In this document: piece by piece, positions 18,712 to 27,070 of the stretch | Numbering within the stretch: position 1 is the first letter of the stretch | Layout of the letters: the number at the start of each line of letters is the position of its first letter | Source of the DNA: an uncultured virus (IMG/VR IMGVR_UViG_3300027668_000009) | Lineage: Duplodnaviria; Heunggongvirae; Uroviricota; Caudoviricetes | Strand: one strand, 5' to 3' | Virus record (IMG/VR): IMGVR_UViG_3300027668_000009 | Length of the DNA stretch: 57,864 nt | The notes under the pieces: model-generated | What the model saw: only the letters and a program-made list of their open reading frames with translations | Database searches by the model: none | What the model was told of the DNA's origin: nothing | Position numbers and translations under genes: made by a program

Positions 18712-19962
18712 TTACGGCTCATAATAGTTAGGACTTCCGCCACCATAGGCAAAGTAGTATGTAAATGGTGACCTATGTTGATATGAACTAGGTGATTGTG
18801 CAATACTTGGAGTCTGAACATTCACCGACGAACGAGCATTGGCAATGTAAGGGACTCTATATGTAAACGGATTCCTTGCACTATTAGGTTGCCTTGCGTT
18901 AGCAATGTATGGTTGTCTATAAGTAAACGGTTGTCTTGCACTATTCGGTTGTCTCGCATTACTTGGTTGTTGATAAGTAAACGGTGCTTGGAATGTGAAA
19001 GGACTCTGTCCATTTGCTGGATACCTACTGTTGTAAGTAAACGGTGCTTGGAATGTAAACGGTGACTGACCATTTGCTGGATACCTACTGTTGTAAGTAA
19101 ACGGGGCTTGGAATGTAAACGGTGACTGACTGTTTCTAATATTAGGTTCTTGAATACTTCTAATGTTAGGTTGCTGAGCACTCACTGGGTTTCTATATGT
19201 AAATGGAGACCTATGGTTGTACGTAAACGGTGACCTATGGTTGTATGTGTAAGGAGACCTGTGATTGTATGTACTAGGTTGTCTTGCGTCTCTTATGTTA
19301 GGTTGCTGTGCATTTACAGGGTTTCTATAAGTGAACGGTGACCTGTGGTTATACGTTGATGGTGACCTATGGTTATAAGTAAACGGACTTCTGTGTTGAT
19401 ACGAAGCAGGTTGTCTTGCTTGACGTATGTTAGGTTCTTGTCCATTCACTGGGTTTCTGTAAGTGAAAGGAGTCTGACTATTACGTATGTTAGGTTCTTG
19501 TCCGTTTACTGGGTTTCTATATGTAAATGGAGACCTATATTGATAAGTAACAGGTTGTTGACCTACATTATTGTAAGTAAATGGAGACCTATGTTGATAC
19601 GTACTAGGTTGTCTTGCATTAGCAATGTAAGGATACGGTTGTTGTGCAGACCTAATGTTAGGTTCTTGGTTGTTAGCAATGTACGGATACGGTTGCTGTG
19701 CATCTCTTATGTTTGGTTCTTGTCCAGTTGCAATATAAGGATACGGTTGTTGTGCATCTCTTATGTTTGGTTGCTGACCAGCTGCAATGTATGGATATGG
19801 AATTTGCGTTGCAGTTTGCCCTGACGCATTATTCCATCCAGTAGGAGTCTTAACATAAATTTGGTCGACGGCCTTCCATGTAGTAGAACCTGTCTTTACC
19901 CATGCACCTTGAGTTGAATTCCAACCCGACGGTGTTTTGACCTTTTGTGAACCTGTTGCCAT
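18712..19962 (-). CDS. Pro-punctuated repeat protein B with N-terminal VK..W beta-motif domain, putative fibre chain
   Basis: 416 aa = 54 + 344 repeat + 18; N-terminus KVKTPSGW..AWVKTGSTTWKAVDQIYVKTPTGW; AATAAATA at 19987-19994. Confidence 0.85.
   Translation of the reverse strand: MATGSQKVKTPSGWNSTQGAWVKTGSTTWKAVDQIYVKTPTGWNNASGQTATQIPYPYIAAGQQPNIRDAQQPYPYIATGQEPNIRDAQQPYPYIANNQEPNIRSAQQPYPYIANARQPSTYQHRSPFTYNNVGQQPVTYQYRSPFTYRNPVNGQEPNIRNSQTPFTYRNPVNGQEPNIRQARQPASYQHRSPFTYNHRSPSTYNHRSPFTYRNPVNAQQPNIRDARQPSTYNHRSPYTYNHRSPFTYNHRSPFTYRNPVSAQQPNIRSIQEPNIRNSQSPFTFQAPFTYNSRYPANGQSPFTFQAPFTYNSRYPANGQSPFTFQAPFTYQQPSNARQPNSARQPFTYRQPYIANARQPNSARNPFTYRVPYIANARSSVNVQTPSIAQSPSSYQHRSPFTYYFAYGGGSPNYYEP
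18769..19800 (-). repeat. Array of 47 units of 6/8/10 aa, mirror image of the array in gene A
   Basis: Parsed from translation; includes a near-perfect 60-nt tandem repeat around 18975-19130. Confidence 0.9.
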
Positions 19963-20013
19963 TTAGTTATCCATTAATTATATTGTTATTTATTAAGATT
20001 CTAAACCCCTATT

Positions 20014-22218
20014 TTAGGAGTATAGAACCCACATGTCACCAACCGCTCCATCACCACTTGTAGGTGCTGAAGTTGACTGGTACATATTTCTTGCAGTTCC
20101 ACCACTATTAGATGCATTTGTTATTGACAATGCTCCTGTAGATACTGCCGAAGGGGTTACTGATATCGCTCCAGTTGAAGCACCAGTTGCAGAAGTTGTA
20201 CCGAATACAAATCCTGTTGCACTGTCGTCCCACCCCATAAATACGTTACTCTCACTTCCTCTCTCAATCACTATACCTGCGTCGTTTGAAGGACTGCCTG
20301 TAGTTCCGTTTCCTAACTCAATCAATGAGTCTGTCATTGTTGTGTTAGTAGAACTTACTGTAGAAGTAGTTCCGTTAACTGTTAAGTTTCCACTTAGTAC
20401 CATGTCTGCAAACGTTACGTTACTTGAAGTAGCAACTGCCTGTCCGATGGATATTGCACCACCACTAAATCCGACACCAGTACCAGCACTTAGTTGAGCT
20501 CTTACATCTGAAGCAGTAGGGCCGTCATAAGTATATGCACCTGTTGAAGCGTTGTATGCAAGTCCACCAATTCCGTTTGAAACTGCTGAATGTAATGCTC
20601 TGATTTCTCCATCTGTACTACCAGTAATGGTAAGTGTTCCAGCTGCGTCATTGTAAGTTTTTGTGATGTTAGTGCCTGCAGTAATAACTGCATTCATTCT
20701 GTCATCTACTTGTTCTTGGTCTAAAGCATCTGTTGCAATAGTAAGTGTTCCAGCACTGTCATCATATGTTGATGTGATGTTTGCACCGTCTGTGATTAAA
20801 GTATTAACTCTATCGTCAACTCTCTCATCTGTGTAGTATAAGTTTCCACTCTCACCAACGTGAGATGTGTTTAAAGTGACCGCTGCTCCTAGAGCAACTG
20901 CTTGTGAGTTAATTGTAACTGAAGAGTTGGAAAGTTTTGCGTTTGCAATTGAACCTGCTAACATGGCATTAGTAATACCAGTTGCTTTTACTCTTAGTGT
21001 ATCTGAATTTGTTTCGATTGAACTGTCATCTACTGTTACGGATAGAACACCACTTGAGTGTCCAAGACCGTCACCTGCTACTGAAGCATCTAGGTTTAGG
21101 GTTGCATCTCCCGAAGTAGCACCACCTGTTAGACCGTCACCTGCGATAACACCTGTGATGTCCGCTGCGTTTCCGTCAATAGTAAGTGTTCCAGCTGCAT
21201 CATTATATGTTGCAGTGATGTTTGTACCACCAACAACTAATGCACCGACTCTGTCGTCGACTCTTTCGTTTGTGTAGTAAAGGTTACCACTCTCTGTGAT
21301 TCCACCAGTATTTAATGTGATGTTTGCTGTACCGTCGAATCCAACACCCGAGATAGTTCTTGAACTTGCAAGTGCTGTAGCAGTTCCTGCTAGGCCTGTT
21401 GTATCTTGGTTAAGTGTTGCAACTGTAAAGTCTAATGTGTTGTCTGCATCTTGATAAGCTACTGTAATACCACTTTCAGCATTACTTGTTACCATTGCTC
21501 CGACTGTATCTGCGATAAATTCTGCGTCTACTGCAAGGTCTATTGTTCCGTCTGCATCGTCATATGTTACTGCAATACCTGTTTCAGTATTTGAACTGAA
21601 CATTGCACCAGCAATATCTTGAACTCTTTCTGAAGTATGATAAAGGTTAGTTGAACCTTCTGTTAAACTGTCTGTGTTTGATGAACTTTCATCTACTAAT
21701 TTTCTCCATGAACCAGCATGAGCAAAGTACCCTTTTCCTGTTCCATGAACATGAGCAAACATACCATGGTATGTACTTGCACTAGGTAAGTCACCTTCTG
21801 CACTATACATGTTAGCAAACAATACTTTGTTACCACCCATGTCGAGGTCTGAACCATCGATACTTGCTCTAATAGCAGTCATGTCAGCTTCAATAGTATC
21901 TGCATTAACTGTGATACCTGTTCCAGCACCAATGTTTAATGTAGCATCTCCACTAGATGCAGTACCAGTTAAACCAGCTCCTGCGTTAACTCCAGTGATA
22001 TCACCTTGTTGTCCATTCAGTGTAAGTGTTCCTGCTGAATCGTCGTAAGTTGCAGTAATTCCTGTTCCACCAACGATTAATGCATTGACTCTATCGTCAA
22101 TTGCTTCGTTTGCAGCGGTACCAAAAGCAGCTGCTACTAGGTCACCCGAACTGTCTAATACATCGTTCGTTCCTACTGATAAACCATTCTTAAGTATAAA
22201 ATTCTTTTCGCCTGCCAT
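20014..22218 (-). CDS. Tail fibre/appendage protein
   Basis: G/T/A/S-rich; repeats xEGSxNLYYTxERVDDRV and ITxTYDDxAGTLT; C-terminal STSAPTSGDGAVGDMWVLY. Confidence 0.8.
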   Translation of the reverse strand: MAGEKNFILKNGLSVGTNDVLDSSGDLVAAAFGTAANEAIDDRVNALIVGGTGITATYDDSAGTLTLNGQQGDITGVNAGAGLTGTASSGDATLNIGAGTGITVNADTIEADMTAIRASIDGSDLDMGGNKVLFANMYSAEGDLPSASTYHGMFAHVHGTGKGYFAHAGSWRKLVDESSSNTDSLTEGSTNLYHTSERVQDIAGAMFSSNTETGIAVTYDDADGTIDLAVDAEFIADTVGAMVTSNAESGITVAYQDADNTLDFTVATLNQDTTGLAGTATALASSRTISGVGFDGTANITLNTGGITESGNLYYTNERVDDRVGALVVGGTNITATYNDAAGTLTIDGNAADITGVIAGDGLTGGATSGDATLNLDASVAGDGLGHSSGVLSVTVDDSSIETNSDTLRVKATGITNAMLAGSIANAKLSNSSVTINSQAVALGAAVTLNTSHVGESGNLYYTDERVDDRVNTLITDGANITSTYDDSAGTLTIATDALDQEQVDDRMNAVITAGTNITKTYNDAAGTLTITGSTDGEIRALHSAVSNGIGGLAYNASTGAYTYDGPTASDVRAQLSAGTGVGFSGGAISIGQAVATSSNVTFADMVLSGNLTVNGTTSTVSSTNTTMTDSLIELGNGTTGSPSNDAGIVIERGSESNVFMGWDDSATGFVFGTTSATGASTGAISVTPSAVSTGALSITNASNSGGTARNMYQSTSAPTSGDGAVGDMWVLYS

Positions 22219-22436
22219 TAGATAGTGCCTCCATCAATTGTCGCATTTGCTAATCTAGTATCGAATGCACTGTTAAATCTACTATCTGTATAGTAAAGGT
22301 TTGATGAACCTTCTGTAAGGTTATCGGATGTAAGTAGAGATATAGCAGTCGCTGCCAGTTTTCCTGCTGAAGAAATAACTTCAGTCGAACCTACTGTGAG
22401 ACCATATTCTATTACGAATGTATTTTGTGTTGCCAT
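22218..22436 (-). CDS. Small fibre-associated protein
   Basis: N-terminus similar to that of 20014-22218; one LTEGSSNLYYTDSR repeat; ends IDGGTI. Confidence 0.75.
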   Translation of the reverse strand: MATQNTFVIEYGLTVGSTEVISSAGKLAATAISLLTSDNLTEGSSNLYYTDSRFNSAFDTRLANATIDGGTI

Positions 22437-22544
22437 TTGTGTGTCCTTTTAATGGTTACCTTGAGGTGTTGATACATTTATTTATCGATTCCACCAGTTC
22501 AAGACCACCGTATATTGTGTGTTTTAAAAAAAATTGCTCTTTAT

Positions 22545-23378
22545 TTAAGCGTCAACCAAAATCTTCTTAAACTTGAAGACCGTTGAGTTGCTTGAGGCAG
22601 GAGTAGTTCTGATACGCAATGTTCCAATGTTTATATCAACACCGAACGTTGCGAGTTCTGTAGACCCTGTTAAGACCGTGCCATACTGTGACACTGAACC
22701 TACTGTTCCATTATGTACTATTGATAATTCTGTGAACTGATAAGTCCCACTTGTCGAATCAGAGATAGATACTTCATACTTTGCACTTCTATATGTCGAA
22801 GTTGAGAATGTATCCATACTAGTTTCAGTTGTTGCAGTAGTAGTTAGTGTTCCACCATCTAATCCAGCTGCAGATTGGAATGTCAATACACCACTACCAT
22901 TTGTAGTGAGAATTTGACCACTAGTTCCATCTGAAGTTGGGTAATTTATACTTGCACCTGTCAAACTATTCGTTGCAGTCAATGTTGTTGCAACTAAGTC
23001 ACCAACATGTAAGTCTGCTAATGCGTACCCACTGCCAGTTAGGTTAACAGTAGATGAAGGTTCTACTTCAAGACCATCAAATAACTTCCATGTAGAGTCT
23101 GTAGCGTCTCTGAATAGACCTGTATACTCACTTGCACCACCTTCCCCACTTAAACCATCATTATAGTTACCATAGATTCCTATATCAATAGTATCCGTAG
23201 CAGTGTTACCACTTGCCAGTTCTATTAAGGAGTCGGTAACGGATTGCGTTGTTGAGTCAATAACCGTATTGGTTCCGTTAACAGTTAGGTCACCTGTAAC
23301 AACTAGATTGCCACCAATACTGGTGTCACCTGCTGTTTGAAGACCAACGTCTGCAAAAAATTTACTCTTTGTTGCCAT
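22545..23378 (-). CDS. Virion fibre-associated protein
   Basis: GNLVVTGDLTVNGT, PTSDGTSGQILTTNGSG; C-terminal domain DTF..YRSAKY...HNGT...YG shared with the next two genes. Confidence 0.75.
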   Translation of the reverse strand: MATKSKFFADVGLQTAGDTSIGGNLVVTGDLTVNGTNTVIDSTTQSVTDSLIELASGNTATDTIDIGIYGNYNDGLSGEGGASEYTGLFRDATDSTWKLFDGLEVEPSSTVNLTGSGYALADLHVGDLVATTLTATNSLTGASINYPTSDGTSGQILTTNGSGVLTFQSAAGLDGGTLTTTATTETSMDTFSTSTYRSAKYEVSISDSTSGTYQFTELSIVHNGTVGSVSQYGTVLTGSTELATFGVDINIGTLRIRTTPASSNSTVFKFKKILVDA

Positions 23379-23383
23379 AGTCT

Positions 23384-23391
23384 TATTTATA
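23384..23391 (-). promoter_or_regulatory. Late promoter TATAAATA
   Basis: Exact motif immediately downstream of a terminator. Confidence 0.75.
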
Positions 23392-23404
23392 GCTAATCCA
23401 GCAC

Positions 23405-23431
23405 AAAAAAAGGGGTTCCGAAGAACCCCTT
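23405..23431 (-). terminator. Intrinsic terminator with C(UUCG)G tetraloop
   Basis: Minus strand AAGGGGTTC-TTCG-GAACCCCTT followed by T run. Confidence 0.92.
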
Positions 23432-23455
23432 AAAAGAATTTACGTTATCTTTTAC

Positions 23456-23869
23456 TTATGCATTTACTGTTGTTCTATCGAACTTAGTAACGGTTGATGT
23501 AGTTGAGGCAGGTGTGATTCTCAATCTGAGGTCACTCCCACTTATATCTGCATCAAATGTTGCTAGAGCAGAACCGCTTTTTAACGTGCCGTATGCTGTT
23601 AGTGTTACATTAGTACCGTCATGAATTAACATTAATTCAGTACTATGGAAATCACTCCCTTGAGACATTGCAATAACATATCTCGCAGCTCTATAACTAG
23701 CCTTTGCAAACGTATCCAAGTTAACTTGGGTAGTTGCAGTAGTAGTTGTATCACCACGACTTCTGTTAGCATCTTCTAAGGCTTTCGTAGTAGTGATACT
23801 ATCCGAGGATGTATCATACTGAAAAACACGGATTAATTCTGCTAATTTAAAACTCATTGATTTTGCCAT
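23456..23869 (-). CDS. Virion fibre-associated protein (stand-alone copy of shared beta domain)
   Basis: LDTFAKASYRAARYVI...FHSTELMLIHDGT...YG...LATFDADI...LRLRITP. Confidence 0.75.
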   Translation of the reverse strand: MAKSMSFKLAELIRVFQYDTSSDSITTTKALEDANRSRGDTTTTATTQVNLDTFAKASYRAARYVIAMSQGSDFHSTELMLIHDGTNVTLTAYGTLKSGSALATFDADISGSDLRLRITPASTTSTVTKFDRTTVNA

Positions 23870-23883
23870 TAGTTAATCCCCCC

Positions 23884-24711
23884 TTAAGAGTGTCTAATTT
23901 GGAATGTATCCACTGTAGTGTTGGTGTTACTTGGAGTAATGAGAAGTCTCATATTCCCCGAGTTAACATCAGCACTCAATGTAAACAAACTTGCTGTTGA
24001 ATACACATCTCCGTATTGTACGAAGAATGCATTCGAGCCGTTATTAATAAGTAATACTTCACATGCATGTGTCCCTGCCGAAGCATGGGTTGCATTAACG
24101 ACATACTTGATGCCTTTAATTGCAACTGCATTTGAAGATAATACTTGGTCTGCTGTCGTAGCGGTTAAAACACTTGCAGTAAAGAACCCTTGAACAAGGT
24201 TCGCTGCAGCTGTTAGAGCCACTACTTCTAGTACATCTCCACTCAAAGCATTTGCTTGGAGTGTGATAGTCGAACTATTAGTAGCAGTATAATCTACTCC
24301 ACCGTCGATTAGTTTCACACCATTCAAATAGACTTGTTCACTACCTGCTTGATAAGTCAACGAATTACTACTATCATCGTTTCCGCTGATAACTGTAGTC
24401 GTTGAACCTATCGTGTAGGTAAATGTGGCAATTCCACTTGATGGTTGTGCAACGAATGACAATGACCCACTACCATTGGTAGATAGGACTTGATTCGAAC
24501 TACCGTCACTAGTCGGAAAGGCATAGGCATCATTAACGCTTAAAGTTGTAGGATTAGAACCGATTTCGAAAACCGCTGCTGACCCATCGTTCTTTTCAGT
24601 ATACATTCTACCATGATAGGTATTAATCGCGACTTCACCTAGTGATAAATCACCAGTAGTCGGGACTGCATTCTGAGTCGAACTTCTTTTAAAATTAATA
24701 ACTGTTGCCAT
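23884..24711 (-). CDS. Virion fibre-associated protein
   Basis: N-terminal MATVINFKRS...P...L.LGEVAIN fibre-start motif; VYLNGVKL; shared C-terminal domain. Confidence 0.75.
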   Translation of the reverse strand: MATVINFKRSSTQNAVPTTGDLSLGEVAINTYHGRMYTEKNDGSAAVFEIGSNPTTLSVNDAYAFPTSDGSSNQVLSTNGSGSLSFVAQPSSGIATFTYTIGSTTTVISGNDDSSNSLTYQAGSEQVYLNGVKLIDGGVDYTATNSSTITLQANALSGDVLEVVALTAAANLVQGFFTASVLTATTADQVLSSNAVAIKGIKYVVNATHASAGTHACEVLLINNGSNAFFVQYGDVYSTASLFTLSADVNSGNMRLLITPSNTNTTVDTFQIRHS

Positions 24712-24755
24712 GTTACTCTCCTAGTATTGATTGATTGATGAAATTTTAATATTAA

Positions 24756-26342
24756 TTAAAATGTTCCGCCGTCAATACCAGTGATTGCAACTGCACCACT
24801 AGAAACCGTGAAGTTTGCTGTAGCAAAACTTGCGATACCTTTGTTAGATACTGTTGCATCTTCTCCAGTAATCGTAGCAGTTCCACCACTATAAGCAACA
24901 TCCATACCTTCACCAGCTGCAACAATAACAACACCTAAATTAGATGCAGTTGACTGTTCACTACTGATTGTTATGCTTCCAGCACCGTTAGTAACATCAA
25001 TTCCGTCACCAGCAGTAATAGTTCCTAGAGCTAAATCTGAACCAGTACCCATCATTATCTGACCGTTACTTGGAGCTGAACCGTCTATTGAAGTGATTGA
25101 ACCACTTAGAGCAAGACCTGTTGCTTCAACATTACCGAATACACCGTCCATCGCTGTACCACTGAATACTGAAGAAGAATCTGTTGCAGCTTTAAGAGCA
25201 ACAAATTTCTGATTATTTTCGTCCATACCGAAGAAACCAATTTTAGCAGTTCCATCGTTATATTTGAATTTAATACCACGGTCTAAGTTATCATCTGAAC
25301 TATCTGAACCAATTTCAAAAACTGGGTCTGCGATAGAAACAGTTTCACTGTTTACTGTAGTTGTTGTACCGTTAACACTTAAGTTACCTGTAACTACAAC
25401 GTTACCACTTGCAGTCAATGTTGATGCAGTGATGTCGTCTGAGTTAAGTGTTCCGCCAACTGTTACGTTGCCGAAGTTAACGTTGTCTGAAGTTCCAACT
25501 GACTGACCAATTGCAAACGTTACCGCTTGTCCTGTTGCAGAAGTTGTTACACCAGTTCCACCTGTGAAGGCGATTGCTTGTGAGTCTAAATCAACTGCTA
25601 ATGTTCCACTGTCTGCAGTTCCGTCAAGGTCTTGACCTTGTAGTTCTGAAGTTACTGCGTCTACATATGCTTTAACTGACTGCTGTGATGCTACCTTAAC
25701 TGCTGAGTTAGAAGCCATGTTGTCTTCATCGACTAAGAAGTCAATGTTTCCAACTTGAACTGCGCCTGCAGAGATTGTTACAGCACCGTTGGCTGCTAGA
25801 GTTGCGTCACCACTGAATGTTACGTTGTCAAATGAGTTACTACCGTCATGAACAAGTACTTGACCTGCTGATGGAGTTGTAATATCTGAATCCGTAGCAC
25901 CTGCTAGGGTTGATGTTGTTGATAAGAATGAAAGTTGTCCCGAACCATCTGTACCGATGACTTGGTTTGAACTACCATCACTTGAAGGAAGAGTCCATGT
26001 TACTGAAGAACCTAAAGTATTTGGAGATTTAAGAGCAACGAAGTTTGTTCCGTTGTCTGTGTCTTCCATTAACTTTAAACTACCACCTGTACTTGCACTA
26101 TTACCAACCTTAAGGTCGGCAGGAGTTGCAGAAGTACCAGCAAGCATATCTGTATAGTACTTACCACCAATTGCTTGGATTAACGGTGTACTATTATCAG
26201 AATCTACTGATTCGATGAATAATTTTGCTCCAGCACCTGAATTCGTCCTATCCTGTACGTACGCTAATTCTCCCTCAGATAAATCTGAGATTGAAGGATT
26301 AGCAAGACCCGTACTTCTTTTAATTTGAATTACTGTTGCCAT
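24756..26342 (-). CDS. Tail fibre-like protein
   Basis: MATVIQIKRS...LSEGELAY start, SQQSVKAYVD, GNVVVTGNLSVNGTTTTVNS, ends IDGGTF. Confidence 0.8.
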   Translation of the reverse strand: MATVIQIKRSTGLANPSISDLSEGELAYVQDRTNSGAGAKLFIESVDSDNSTPLIQAIGGKYYTDMLAGTSATPADLKVGNSASTGGSLKLMEDTDNGTNFVALKSPNTLGSSVTWTLPSSDGSSNQVIGTDGSGQLSFLSTTSTLAGATDSDITTPSAGQVLVHDGSNSFDNVTFSGDATLAANGAVTISAGAVQVGNIDFLVDEDNMASNSAVKVASQQSVKAYVDAVTSELQGQDLDGTADSGTLAVDLDSQAIAFTGGTGVTTSATGQAVTFAIGQSVGTSDNVNFGNVTVGGTLNSDDITASTLTASGNVVVTGNLSVNGTTTTVNSETVSIADPVFEIGSDSSDDNLDRGIKFKYNDGTAKIGFFGMDENNQKFVALKAATDSSSVFSGTAMDGVFGNVEATGLALSGSITSIDGSAPSNGQIMMGTGSDLALGTITAGDGIDVTNGAGSITISSEQSTASNLGVVIVAAGEGMDVAYSGGTATITGEDATVSNKGIASFATANFTVSSGAVAITGIDGGTF

Positions 26343-26484
26343 TTTTATTTTCCTTTAAATAAAATTATTAGTTTTTTCTCGTTCACTATCCCGAGAAGTT
26401 GAGTTCATAATATAGTCTGTCCACTCACAATGTGGGTCGTATCCTCACTGTCGGATACCTTGATTTGTACACTTATTTAGTGTT

Positions 26485-26718
26485 TTAGAATGTTCCACCG
26501 TCAAGGACGGTAGTTGTTGTCCATTTGTCTGCTGACTGGTCATACGATAGTAACCCACCATCTGTCTCTGTTGCAGAAACATCTGAAAGTTCTTGGATAG
26601 ATTTAGTGCCTAAATCAGCACCAGTACCCACGGTTACTTGGTTTGCTTTGATATTACCAGCTCCTGCTACTCTACCACCTACGGTTGCAATTCGTGATAA
26701 TGTTCCTCTAATTGCCAT
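26485..26718 (-). CDS. Small fibre-associated protein
   Basis: IQELSDV...DGGLLSYD...KW, ends LDGGTF. Confidence 0.7.
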   Translation of the reverse strand: MAIRGTLSRIATVGGRVAGAGNIKANQVTVGTGADLGTKSIQELSDVSATETDGGLLSYDQSADKWTTTTVLDGGTF

Positions 26719-26722
26719 AATC

Positions 26723-27052
26723 TTACCTCGTTACACTTGGAGTTACGATGGCTTGTCCTTCTATTACTCTTGTAGTAGTCGAACCTGTAGTTACAGTCAT
26801 ATCATATACGTATCTACCTGCTTCTAAAGCACCTGTTACAGTATCAGTTAAGGTTAATGAAACCTTACCTGCGTTAGCAACAATGACCGTACCAAAAGTT
26901 GCAGAAACAGCAGAAGAACTATAAGTCTTTCTCATTTGAGCAGATGCTGTATAACCAGTTAGATTTAATACATTACCCACTGCGTCTGTGACATCCACAG
27001 TAATTGTAAAATCTGTATGTTGGTCGATGAATATGTTTGCAAGAATAGCCAT
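26723..27052 (-). CDS. Small beta-sandwich virion adaptor-like protein
   Basis: ANIFIDQHTDF, LNLTGYTASAQMRK, GRYVYD, RVIEG..IVTPSVT, a pattern common in marine T4-like phages. Confidence 0.75.
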   Translation of the reverse strand: MAILANIFIDQHTDFTITVDVTDAVGNVLNLTGYTASAQMRKTYSSSAVSATFGTVIVANAGKVSLTLTDTVTGALEAGRYVYDMTVTTGSTTTRVIEGQAIVTPSVTR

Positions 27053-27057
27053 AATAC

Positions 27058-27065
27058 TATTTATA
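27058..27065 (-). promoter_or_regulatory. Late promoter TATAAATA
   Basis: Exact motif in gap. Confidence 0.7.
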
Positions 27066-27070
27066 ACCTT

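Noticed and set aside
18664..18714. Stop-codon readthrough joining B and A into one hairpin protein (same frame, 48-nt gap)
   Set aside because: Two in-frame TAA codons separate them and A has its own AGGA SD; an ancestral fusion is possible but not supported as a current product.
17545..19962. DNA-level inverted repeat or antisense coding as the cause of the A/B mirror
   Set aside because: Both genes are on the same strand and share direct, not inverted, DNA similarity; antisense translations (SNVRFL, ISKRT...) do not give the partner units.
17545..19962. Repeat proteins as multi-core RiPP precursors for the neighbouring oxygenases
   Set aside because: No leader or protease-site pattern, peptidase or transporter; the exact mirror relation and fibre context fit a structural role better. 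Modification of the proteins remains possible.
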